Of a stretch of 64,000 nucleotides of DNA, positions 25,194-33,627 are shown one piece after another. The DNA lies in assembly GCA_024975835.1 (NCBI GenBank), contig GCA_024975835.1_4840.1. One strand, given 5' to 3'. This DNA is from a phage. The first letter of the stretch is position 1, and every line of letters begins with the position of its first letter. Position numbers and translations under genes: made by a program. The notes below the pieces were generated by a model. That model worked only from the letters and a program-made list of their open reading frames with translations, did no database searches and was not told the origin of the DNA.

Positions 25194-28189
25194 CCTTTCT
25201 TCTTTTGCATCATGGCAAGAAGGTTCACACGGCGCTTGTGTGACCAGCCGACCACGTCGAGGATAGACTGAATCGGATCAATGAAGGACTTCTCAAAGGC
25301 CGCCTGATAATCCACCCATTTGCCCAGACCAAGCTCCTCAGGGAAGAACTCAGGATATGCGAAGTAATTCTGGCCGAATGGGTTGCCTGGCTTCAACAAC
25401 ACCATCTGTACCTTATCACCCGACTCGATCATCGGCAGGCCGAGATCTTCGTTCTTCTCAACCAGACGGTTGTAACCCACACAAGCCTTTGCAGCAAAAT
25501 GAGCACCAGAGATGAACGATCCGTCAGCAGCCACACACTTCTCTATGTCGGACACGCCTGACGCCTTGGCGATATCGTCTACAGAGAGTTTCATGTACTC
25601 CTCTTTGTACTGGGAGATGAGCGCCTGTACTTCCTCTTCGGTGCCGAGTAGGATCTTCTCATAGCACTTGACAAGGCGCTCACGACACCATTCCGGCGTG
25701 GTGGACTTGCGGGCTTCCAGACCTTTGAACTTGATCTTCGGCTTCTCGTACTTGATACCCTCACTGTCGTACACGGCCATGGCATACATCTTCTTGGCTC
25801 GCCAGACAGCGGCTGACGCAATGACCTCACGCTCCCACACCATGCGCTGTTCAAATCCGTTCATGGTGTTACATAGAAGCTGTGCCCACTCATTGGTCTT
25901 CGGCTGGTAGTTGTCTTTGATCCATTGGTCGATATTATCAACCATAGCATGATGGTCAGTAACATCAGGCCACAACTGCTTGACAAGACGCTCAATGCAG
26001 ATGTAGTTGGAGTCGGTATCCCCTGCGATGACGAAGTCCTGACCTGTTGTACCACACAGCTTGTTCAGATAGTCATCAGTGTAACGCTTGTTCCACTTGT
26101 TGATCAGCTGACCGGATGTGGTGATGGCTTCGGCAATGTTGAGGTTGAAGTACTCTTTGAACCAGACGTTTGAGATCGCGCCATAACCTGCGTTCATCAA
26201 GATCTTCAGACCTTGCTGAAGGGTATCTTGAGCAACGCCCAGATCTTCCCACTTCTTCATCACTTCGGTCAGTGCATCAAGATCAACGTTCTTGTGCTCT
26301 TCATACCACTCTGGGTCATAGTAGCGAGACTTCATGGCAGACTCAAGATGGAAGTCGCCCTTCGACATCTCTTTACACCAGCCAGCCCACTGCTCATACT
26401 TCAGACCCTTGGCCTTCTCTACTTTACGGTCGCTGTAGATACCACGCATGATTTCAGACAGGAACGACATCTTCTCGTTGCTGAAGAACTGAACGTTCGG
26501 CGTGAAGGACACGTTGTAGAGGCGCAGGGTTTCAAAGTGGAACTCACCCAGGGCAACCAACTCATCAACAACCTGCAGGCGTTCGTCAACCGCACGCAAC
26601 AGCTTGTCGTGAAGGGCTTTCATCAACCGACGTTTGTGCATCGGCGTTGCCATGTTATTCATCTGAGCAGCCAGCTCTTCACACATAGCCTCAATAATCT
26701 CGCGGCGCTGGTGTTTGTCGCCAACGATAGTCTCTGGACCGAGGTTGTACTGCTGAATGATGTGAGGATACAGGGAGTTCAAATCTTCCGAGAAGACCCA
26801 GAAGTAGATTCCTGGTGTCACATCCATGACGTATGCACCCTCAAAGTCGGTCGGACCATCGTATACACGCTGGATCTTAGGCACTATCCCCTTCTCGTAC
26901 AGGCGATAGTAGCACATGGCCAGCCACGGAGCCACAGTGCCCAGACCGTCTTCATAGTTGGACTTGGTGCGGTAGGCCAGGACGAACATCAGCTGGAGCA
27001 GGCGCAGCTTCTGTTCAAGTCGCCATACCAGCTTAACGTCTTTGATACCATATCGGGTGTGTTTGCAGTAGTCGTTGAAGTACAGATCAAAGAGCGACTT
27101 GCTCTCACTGTAGTCCATCTTCTTCTCACCCAGCTCACAATACGCAATCCAGTCAAGAGAGTAGCGTTCACGGGTGGTGTACGTGTGTTTCTTGTAGATC
27201 TGCATATAATCGAGCATAGGGCAACCCACGAACTGATACGTCGTGATATCGCCCTTCTTATCGCGAATGATACGCTTCTTAATGATACCCCAAGGACTGA
27301 GGCGCGACGTTTCAGCCTCTCCCAGAACCTGATTCATGCGCTCAACAAGATAAGGGCTATCAAACGTCTCAATGTTCCAGCCAGTCCATCCGTCGAACTG
27401 ACGCTCCGACCAGAAGTCCAGGAAAGAGCGCAGCAGGTCTTGTTCGGTGGTGAACTCCTGATAAACAACCTCCAGGCCGCCGATCTCTTTGTCTTCTGCG
27501 TCATAGGTGAATTTGTTACGATCTTTGGCGCACGGCATACCCCAGACCATGAACTTGTTGGTCGCCATATCCTGAAGCTGGATCAGGGTAATGGGGAACG
27601 CCGCATTCATGTCTTGGGTGATCTTGCCGTTGCTGTCAATGATAGGGAACTGATCAGTGACGTTGTTGCTGATGAAAGAACCAGGGAAGTGCTCACGGAC
27701 AAAATCATGGTTGGCCAGCACTTGTTTATGGAAGCGGCGAATGCGCGCCTCATTCCCTTTGAACGTCTGCTGCTCAATGGTTGGGTGAGGGAATGGACCT
27801 TTGGTCATCTTTCCGTCTTTCCACCCGGCGGAGAACACTTCGATATCGAGGTTAGCAATATGGATGTTGGAATAATCCGGCTCAATCTTTCCAGGAAAGC
27901 TATGGGCGATGAACTGGTATGCATAATCGGTCTGCCCGTAAATGGCAGCACCCTGGACTTCCTTGTACTCTTCAAGATAGTTGTCAGCGTCACGCATGGA
28001 AGGGAACTGCTTGGCTACCAGGGGTTCATTGAGAAGGCCAACCTTTTCAACATTTGAATAGTCAGCCGTGGGTAAATAGAGAGTGGGTTCGAATTTCTTT
28101 TTCAACAGACGGCGATTACCCATGTCATCTGCAATTCGAATCAACAGGTCATTGCCCCTGCGGGCAACGTTCGTATAGAAAACGGTCAT
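25190..28189 (-). CDS. 43: family B DNA polymerase (T4 gp43-like)
   Basis: 999-aa ORF with DLNSLYP (motif A), KILMNAGYG (motif B) and IAGDTDS (motif C); N-terminal exonuclease-region length. Confidence 0.9.
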   Translation of the reverse strand: MTVFYTNVARRGNDLLIRIADDMGNRRLLKKKFEPTLYLPTADYSNVEKVGLLNEPLVAKQFPSMRDADNYLEEYKEVQGAAIYGQTDYAYQFIAHSFPGKIEPDYSNIHIANLDIEVFSAGWKDGKMTKGPFPHPTIEQQTFKGNEARIRRFHKQVLANHDFVREHFPGSFISNNVTDQFPIIDSNGKITQDMNAAFPITLIQLQDMATNKFMVWGMPCAKDRNKFTYDAEDKEIGGLEVVYQEFTTEQDLLRSFLDFWSERQFDGWTGWNIETFDSPYLVERMNQVLGEAETSRLSPWGIIKKRIIRDKKGDITTYQFVGCPMLDYMQIYKKHTYTTRERYSLDWIAYCELGEKKMDYSESKSLFDLYFNDYCKHTRYGIKDVKLVWRLEQKLRLLQLMFVLAYRTKSNYEDGLGTVAPWLAMCYYRLYEKGIVPKIQRVYDGPTDFEGAYVMDVTPGIYFWVFSEDLNSLYPHIIQQYNLGPETIVGDKHQRREIIEAMCEELAAQMNNMATPMHKRRLMKALHDKLLRAVDERLQVVDELVALGEFHFETLRLYNVSFTPNVQFFSNEKMSFLSEIMRGIYSDRKVEKAKGLKYEQWAGWCKEMSKGDFHLESAMKSRYYDPEWYEEHKNVDLDALTEVMKKWEDLGVAQDTLQQGLKILMNAGYGAISNVWFKEYFNLNIAEAITTSGQLINKWNKRYTDDYLNKLCGTTGQDFVIAGDTDSNYICIERLVKQLWPDVTDHHAMVDNIDQWIKDNYQPKTNEWAQLLCNTMNGFEQRMVWEREVIASAAVWRAKKMYAMAVYDSEGIKYEKPKIKFKGLEARKSTTPEWCRERLVKCYEKILLGTEEEVQALISQYKEEYMKLSVDDIAKASGVSDIEKCVAADGSFISGAHFAAKACVGYNRLVEKNEDLGLPMIESGDKVQMVLLKPGNPFGQNYFAYPEFFPEELGLGKWVDYQAAFEKSFIDPIQSILDVVGWSHKRRVNLLAMMQKKKG

Positions 28190-28268
28190 GTAATTCTCCA
28201 GGTTATCCGTGCCGTTAGCACGTGGGCATATTTAACCATAGAGCCATTCATTGACCAAGGAGTTTAAT

Positions 28269-28841
28269 ATGGCAATCCCCCTCGTTGGTATGATCCCAGG
28301 GGCGCTCAAGCAACTCTGGAACCTCGGGACTGATTTGATCCAATATAAGCGGGAAGTTGTACAGGCCAAACACGACGTCAAGCTGGAGGCCATCAAGTCC
28401 TCCTCAGATTGGGAGCTGTCTAAGATCACCGAAGTCGGCGGATCTTGGAAAGATGAATTCTGGACTATCGTGTTGGCCATACCCGCCATCCTCGTCATGA
28501 CTGCTCCGGTTGTGGAACTGATTCTGTTCCCTGGTGAGTATCATAAAGGGGATTTCATCAAAGCAGTAATCGGTGGCCTTCAGGCACTAGATACCGCACC
28601 TGAATGGTATACCTATTCGTTATTGACAGCAATTAGTGCATCATTCGGTATCAAAGGCTACAACCACTACAAAAGCAACAGGCGAAAAGCCCAAGCTATG
28701 GATGCTCTCAAGCAATTTGGGGTTCGGGTCGTACAGAAAGATCCCACTGTTGTTACTCAGTCGGGTGCTCCCGATCTTGAGTCTGCTCCCCCAGCTGGGT
28801 CTACTGCGACCTCTGGTGCGTGGCCTGATCTGAAGAAATAA
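28269..28841 (+). CDS. membrane protein (holin-like topology?)
   Basis: Start at ATG 28269 with AAGGAG site; central hydrophobic segments; divergent from DNA polymerase gene. Confidence 0.5.
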   Translation: MAIPLVGMIPGALKQLWNLGTDLIQYKREVVQAKHDVKLEAIKSSSDWELSKITEVGGSWKDEFWTIVLAIPAILVMTAPVVELILFPGEYHKGDFIKAVIGGLQALDTAPEWYTYSLLTAISASFGIKGYNHYKSNRRKAQAMDALKQFGVRVVQKDPTVVTQSGAPDLESAPPAGSTATSGAWPDLKK

Positions 28842-28845
28842 GTTC

Positions 28846-28865
28846 AAGGGGAGGAAACTCCCCTT
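28846..28865 (+). terminator. rho-independent terminator
   Basis: AAGGGGAGGAAACTCCCCTT hairpin followed by TCTTTTGG. Confidence 0.5.
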
Positions 28866-28883
28866 TCTTTTGGTGTTTAGGGA

Positions 28884-29096
28884 ATGAATGTGGTAAACAA
28901 GAGATTGCTCGTCACCCAAGGCGGGGCGACGATAGTGCGCGGAAGGATCTATGAACAAACACAGCTGGGTGATCACAAGACGCGCCTGACTGTTAAGGCT
29001 CCAGATGGTGGTTGGCCGACAAAGGTAATTGTCCCTGACGGTCTCATAGAACGAGGGTCGGCGGTGTATAAAGGAGCAGAGTTCAAAATTTATTAA
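28884..29096 (+). CDS. hypothetical protein
   Basis: 70-aa ORF after a GGGAATGAATG start context. Confidence 0.4.
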   Translation: MNVVNKRLLVTQGGATIVRGRIYEQTQLGDHKTRLTVKAPDGGWPTKVIVPDGLIERGSAVYKGAEFKIY

Positions 29097-29191
29097 AATA
29101 TTTATTGAATAAAGTTTACTTCTTCAATAACTGGCGTATACTTCTAATTGTAGTACGAACAAACAACAATCTGAAGAGAAGGAAATACATC

Positions 29192-29749
29192 ATGGCAATC
29201 GAAATTATCGCTCAATCCAAATCTGGTAAAACTGTAATGTACGGCACTGAAGAAGGCCGCGCAATCACCACTCTGGGCACAATTGACGGTTCCAACCCAG
29301 TGAAAGGCGGTCGCTACCTGGTTGAATACGGTTCACACCTGCTGATGGTAAGCAAAGTCGATGGTCGTGAAATCATGATTCCCCGCAAAGAGTACTTCGA
29401 CTCGCGCATTGAAGCCATGAACTTCTTCCTTTTCCAGGAACGTCACGAACTGTTCGTTGAAGCGAAAGACGCAGGCCTGGACGATGCGACTGCCGAACTG
29501 ATTGCCGAAGGTAAAATGTCCCTCGAAGAAGCTCTGGGTGACATGGATTGCGATGCTGAAGCCCATTACATCGAATATTCCGCTTATCAGAATGAATGCG
29601 AAGACGATCCTGAAGATGACGGCTTCGACCCTGACCTTCACGGTGGCGAGGATGACAATACTCCTTCCCTGGAAGTGATCATGGCAGGCGGCCAGGCCGC
29701 TTGGGAGTGGCAGAACGAAAAGAACGCCTGGCTGGATTCCCACCTTTAA
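29192..29749 (+). CDS. acidic hypothetical protein
   Basis: Start at ATG 29192 with AAGGAAAT site; strongly acidic C-terminal half. Confidence 0.5.
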   Translation: MAIEIIAQSKSGKTVMYGTEEGRAITTLGTIDGSNPVKGGRYLVEYGSHLLMVSKVDGREIMIPRKEYFDSRIEAMNFFLFQERHELFVEAKDAGLDDATAELIAEGKMSLEEALGDMDCDAEAHYIEYSAYQNECEDDPEDDGFDPDLHGGEDDNTPSLEVIMAGGQAAWEWQNEKNAWLDSHL

Positions 29750-29765
29750 TGTGAAGAAATAAAGA

Positions 29766-29784
29766 AAGGGGCTTAACGCCCCTT
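29766..29784. terminator. bidirectional terminator between convergent genes
   Basis: GGGGCTTAACGCCCC hairpin with T-tracts on both strands between the 29749 and 29788 gene ends. Confidence 0.55.
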
Positions 29785-29787
29785 TTC

Positions 29788-30246
29788 TTATTCTTCCCAG
29801 AAGTCTTCGTCGTCCCCGACAGCAGCCAGTTCCGTGTCCAGTTCTTCATCGGTAAACGGTGGCAGCACCCCGTTCTGAATCAGATAATCCATCTCATCAT
29901 CTTCCAGCTGCAGGTCGGTGGCAATATACAGCGCTCCGCTGCCCTCTTCGTCCGTCTCGATACTGTACGAAGTGTATGGCACCCCATTCACTGTAATGAT
30001 GATAGACGTTGGATCCTTGGGATCTACGTGCGCCTCGAACGGCACGCCATCAATCGGTGCGTCTTCCAGGAAGGTGGCAAGTGCTACGGCGGCGCGGACA
30101 ACATCAGTGCCTTCAACGCCTGCATAGATCTCTTCCGCGCCTGTCTCTTCACGATCAAACAGCTCAATCGTGATACCGTCTTGAACACCAGTCCATACAG
30201 GGATGTCATTAGTGTATTCTGATTCAAACAATTTGGAGGTTGGCAT
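29788..30246 (-). CDS. highly acidic hypothetical protein
   Basis: 152-aa ORF, Asp/Glu-rich throughout. Confidence 0.5.
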   Translation of the reverse strand: MPTSKLFESEYTNDIPVWTGVQDGITIELFDREETGAEEIYAGVEGTDVVRAAVALATFLEDAPIDGVPFEAHVDPKDPTSIIITVNGVPYTSYSIETDEEGSGALYIATDLQLEDDEMDYLIQNGVLPPFTDEELDTELAAVGDDEDFWEE

Positions 30247-30390
30247 GTTAGGTTCCTCAGTGGGTTAGCCATATGGGGTATTTAGGCTTCCCGCTTGGCG
30301 ATGCCTGGTTTGTACAGGACGCCTCTCGGAATATTGGAGGAAGGTTTTCATAGATACCCCACACTGGTTGTATGGGGTATTTAGGATGGA

Positions 30391-31584
30391 TCAGGAAGGG
30401 GTGAAGTCGTTCACAGGAACTGTTTCAGGGATAGCCAGCTCAGGGCATGCTGCCTTCATTGGCTCAATGTACGGCTTACTACCCACAATCCAGAACAGAG
30501 TGTTCTCATTGAGCAACTCTGGCTTGTTCTGCTGGATCCAGGTCATGACCTTGCCTTCATAGCGAGGATGCAACTCAATATCGCCCCACTGATATTCCAT
30601 CAGGTCATTATAACGAACCCAATTAGTGGTATGAAGATCCCAATGGTGTACCTCAAAGCGAGGAAGCACGACCTCTGGCTCTTCCTTCTGCCTGATACCA
30701 CTTAGGAGGCCAGCCAGCGAAACGCTCTTAGAGGCATGCTGAAGCTCCTTCTTGCCGTGTACATAGTCTGGGTTGTCGTGATAGCGACGGGTAAAGTCGA
30801 CAATGTGCGGCAGATTGGCATGTTTGCCGATGATGCGCAGGCGGCTCTCGATAAAGTCAAGGCGGTTAGGACCGATGCCGATTAGATACACACGCTTCAG
30901 ATTAGGCTTCGGATGCATTGCCAGCCCGGTCAGGATGCTTGTGCAAGAGTTGCACGATCCGGCTGGGATGATCAGGTCAGTAATGTGATCAGGAATGTTG
31001 GCAACCTGCTCGCCACCCAACATATGGAACCCAGCAATGCGCTCAGGGGAGTGGGCTGTATGGTCGAGGGTGATACCATACTCCAGATAATACGCCTTTG
31101 GATTCTGTTGTTCGATCAACTTCTTACAGCGCGGCTGGATGGTGCTGTTGTAACCCGAGCCGACGAAGTTGAACTCACTACCAAACCAGGCTGACATTGC
31201 CACCATTTCATGGTTCATACAGGTGGTGGGTTTGGTCGCGCCGAGCACAGTAGTTGTCTTGCCGCCGAAGTGCCGAGAGACTGCTGTCGCCATAGGGGAC
31301 TGCGGACTACCAACGACAGTACCATGGATGATGTCAGGGGAGCCTCCGGCCTTGAGGTGCTCAACCATCAACCAGATGGCCTGGCGGAGTTTGCTGCCAT
31401 TGATGCCCTGCTTGGCGTTGGCATAGTTAGACAGCGGCGCAAAATAATCTTCACGCTTGAACCAGACCTGCTGGTTGGTTTCGGGATTGACGACAAGTTC
31501 GCACGGGGTGTGCTTGTAGAGATAGTCTTCCCAGTGAACCAGATTGCGGTCGAGGGAAAGGGTATCGAAAATGGTCTTGTTCAT
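30391..31584 (-). CDS. PLP-dependent enzyme (fold-type II-like; candidate base-modification enzyme)
   Basis: About 400 aa with Gly-rich loops (IIPAGSCNSCTSILTGL) resembling tryptophan-synthase-beta/ACC-deaminase-type PLP enzymes; start moved to ATG with AGGAGAAA site. Confidence 0.5.
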   Translation of the reverse strand: MNKTIFDTLSLDRNLVHWEDYLYKHTPCELVVNPETNQQVWFKREDYFAPLSNYANAKQGINGSKLRQAIWLMVEHLKAGGSPDIIHGTVVGSPQSPMATAVSRHFGGKTTTVLGATKPTTCMNHEMVAMSAWFGSEFNFVGSGYNSTIQPRCKKLIEQQNPKAYYLEYGITLDHTAHSPERIAGFHMLGGEQVANIPDHITDLIIPAGSCNSCTSILTGLAMHPKPNLKRVYLIGIGPNRLDFIESRLRIIGKHANLPHIVDFTRRYHDNPDYVHGKKELQHASKSVSLAGLLSGIRQKEEPEVVLPRFEVHHWDLHTTNWVRYNDLMEYQWGDIELHPRYEGKVMTWIQQNKPELLNENTLFWIVGSKPYIEPMKAACPELAIPETVPVNDFTPS

Positions 31585-31654
31585 TCTATTTTCTCCTGTA
31601 GACATTGGTTTATCATAGTGTATCTACAGGAGTATAGAAAAGGAGAATCTCGGC

Positions 31655-32314
31655 TTATTTCTTGAATAAACGAAGGAACTTCATCATGTTTTCCATGAAA
31701 GTCGGCTTCTTGACCTTTTGTTTTACCGGAGCGCCCTGATCATTCAGAACACGACTGGCCGGAGGAGTAGGTGGTGTCGGTGCTTTCGTTTCACAGGCCG
31801 GAACGATGTTCACGTCATGATGAGAAGACTCAGCTGTAGTGTTAACAACATTGTTCTCCTGGACGACAGGCTTAACGAGATTCTTTTCATACTCGCGAGC
31901 AATCGCCTGGTACTTCCGATTCTCCGCGTCAAAGTCCATAGAAACGACTTTACGACGGCGGCGCGTCGCGCTCTCATCACCATAGAAATCGTATCCGTTC
32001 TTGACCAGCCAGTGTACAGCTTGGACAAATGAATGGAAGATCATGAACGGCTGGCCATTACCCTCTTCAGCAGCGGTGATGCCGGAGTAGCCCATGAGCA
32101 CAACCTGACCCTTTACGTCGAGGTCAAAAGATGTACATTCACCGTGCTGGTTCAGATCACGCGGAGCCAGCTGGGAATCACGATGGATATAATTCGGCGA
32201 CAAAAACTCATTCAGAGTTCGTTTGTTGCCTTTGTATTCAAACAGGCGAATACAGATGGGAGTCGTCAGTTCATGCCATTCGGCATCGTTGACCCAGATA
32301 GAAACATTACGCAT
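31655..32314 (-). CDS. hypothetical protein
   Basis: 219-aa ORF with GAGGA site; Pro/Thr-rich linker; promoter-like element upstream. Confidence 0.5.
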   Translation of the reverse strand: MRNVSIWVNDAEWHELTTPICIRLFEYKGNKRTLNEFLSPNYIHRDSQLAPRDLNQHGECTSFDLDVKGQVVLMGYSGITAAEEGNGQPFMIFHSFVQAVHWLVKNGYDFYGDESATRRRRKVVSMDFDAENRKYQAIAREYEKNLVKPVVQENNVVNTTAESSHHDVNIVPACETKAPTPPTPPASRVLNDQGAPVKQKVKKPTFMENMMKFLRLFKK

Positions 32315-32354
32315 CGGTGTATCCTCAAATCAATGGATAGGGGTTTAACGGTTA

Positions 32355-32383
32355 AATTTTAAACCATTCTATCTCATTGAACA
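32355..32383 (-). promoter_or_regulatory. sigma70-like promoter (TTGTTC-N17-TAAAAT)
   Basis: Minus-strand -35 TTGTTC (32383..32378) and -10 TAAAAT (32360..32355) upstream of the 32314 gene start. Confidence 0.4.
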
Positions 32384-32413
32384 AATACAGAATGGGAAGG
32401 ATGGACAAAAGAA

Positions 32414-32435
32414 AGCCGGATAAGGATATCCGGCT
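32414..32435 (-). terminator. rho-independent terminator closing the tRNA cluster
   Basis: Perfect 9-bp stem AGCCGGATA/TATCCGGCT followed by TTCTTTTGTCC on the minus strand. Confidence 0.55.
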
Positions 32436-32653
32436 ATACCACATCGATGGGATGGGTTGAAAAGACTACACGCTTGCACTGGTACTGCCTTATGGGAGAG
32501 CGCGTCAGGAGTCGAACCTGAAGTCGTCGACGTAGAGAAAGCTATTTGCATTTCACTATCCTCGCCGCGATTTTCTTAACTTCCTAAACACCCCGATTAC
32601 GAGAGAGTCGACATGCACATCTTCTAACTCTTCAGGAAGTCACGCCCGTAATT

Positions 32654-32742
32654 TGGCGGAAGGTGAAGGATTCGAACCTTCGGGGGCTAAAAGCCCCACT
32701 CGATTAGCAATCGAGTCCCTTAAACCTCTCGGGCAACCTTCC
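32654..32742 (-). tRNA. tRNA-Ser (anticodon GCT)
   Basis: Hand-folded: acceptor GGAAGGT/ACCTTCC, anticodon arm CTCGA-TTGCTAA-TCGAG, long variable arm GGGGC/GCCCC, T-arm GAAGG-TTCGAAT-CCTTC, encoded CCA; 89 nt. Confidence 0.85.
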
Positions 32743-32962
32743 AATTTGGACGGGCTTCGCACCCGATTGAGCATTTGATCTACCGTAGCCCAACTCCCCG
32801 CGCTTCTCAGCGCCGATTGGTTAACTGGCGACCAGTGCCTTCTGGTTCGATCTCCTGGAACTTTACAGGCTTTGCGCCAGACCATTTCTGGAAGTTGGGG
32901 CATCGTTTCCGATGTGGAGTCACCCCATTTTATACACAGCTGGCTGCAACGCTTACTGTGTT

Positions 32963-33046
32963 TGGTGTGAGTGGATGGATTCGAACCACCGCGCTGTTAC
33001 GGGGAGATTTACAGTCTCCTGCATTCGACCGCTCTGCCACACTCAC
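32963..33046 (-). tRNA. tRNA-Tyr (anticodon GTA)
   Basis: Hand-folded: acceptor GTGAGTG/CACTCAC, anticodon arm GGAGA-CTGTAAA-TCTCC, extended variable region, T-loop TTCGAAT, encoded CCA; 84 nt. Confidence 0.75.
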
Positions 33047-33303
33047 ATTTGGTCTGCCGCTGCGTGCTGGGCCACGCTCGAGGACATCGGCCATCCTTCC
33101 TCAGCTAATCCACGCAGCGGTAGATTTGTATCAGAGTGTCCGGTGTAGCAACCCGTGAGGTGCGCACTACTGTAGCCTCTACACTCTGAATTTGGTGGGT
33201 GTTACTATCGTCGTCTTCGGATTCCGTTCGGCTATTGGACAGAGGCTTGGAGCTTGTCGGTCGCGTACTTTATGCCTATTCACTTTCGTTCACACCCATT
33301 GTC

Positions 33304-33379
33304 TGGCGACGATGGCAGGACTTGAACCTGCGACATATGGATTAACAGTCCACCGTTCTACCGACTGAACTACATCGTC
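33304..33379 (-). tRNA. tRNA-Asn (anticodon GTT)
   Basis: Hand-folded canonical cloverleaf: acceptor GACGATG/CATCGTC, D-arm GTTC-AGTCGGTA-GAAC, anticodon loop CTGTTAA, T-arm GCAGG-TTCAAGT-CCTGC, CCA; 76 nt. Confidence 0.85.
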
Positions 33380-33388
33380 TTGCAAATC

Positions 33389-33416
33389 ACTATACCATAT
33401 AAAGTTTATTGAACAA
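33389..33416 (-). promoter_or_regulatory. sigma70-like promoter (TTGTTC-N16-TATAGT, TG-extended) upstream of tRNA-Asn
   Basis: Minus-strand -35 TTGTTC (33416..33411) and TGgTATAGT -10 (33394..33389); predicted start falls within a few nt of the tRNA-Asn 5' end. Confidence 0.45.
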
Positions 33417-33550
33417 ACATTTATTTTACAACAAACTGTATTGGCGGGGTCTGAGGCTTTTCACCTCACCTGCTGGGTTTGGCCGCCCAGCCGTTCTCTA
33501 TGAGGATTCACTGTCCGGACAGCTATCCATTAAACTATCGCCCCTCAATA

Positions 33551-33627
33551 TGGTGATCCTGATTGGGTTTGAACCAATGACCAATGAATTATGAGTTCAC
33601 TGCTCTAACCGACTGAGCTACAGGACC
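33551..33627 (-). tRNA. tRNA-Met or tRNA-Ile2 (anticodon CAT)
   Basis: Hand-folded: acceptor GGTCCTG/CAGGATC, D-arm GCTC-AGTCGGTTA-GAGC, anticodon loop CTCATAA, T-arm ATTGG-TTCAAAC-CCAAT, CCA; Met versus lysidine-Ile not resolvable by eye. Confidence 0.8.

Noticed and set aside
26213-28057. 614-aa plus-strand ORF inside the DNA polymerase locus
   Set aside because: Antisense to a gene with clear polymerase motifs; Leu/Val/His-rich shadow ORF.
25190-28189. Intein or intron in the DNA polymerase, which is about 100 aa longer than T4 gp43
   Set aside because: Motifs A, B and C are contiguous and no Cys...His-Asn intein boundaries or frame break were seen; extra length looks like lineage-specific insertion.
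32481-32570. tRNA-like sequence with GGAGTCGAACC T-arm signature
   Set aside because: A T-arm and acceptor-like 3' strand can be drawn but no complementary 5' acceptor strand, D-arm or anticodon arm could be fitted by hand; kept only as a tRNA-like remnant. Similar orphan 3' halves near 34110 and 34553 were rejected for the same reason.
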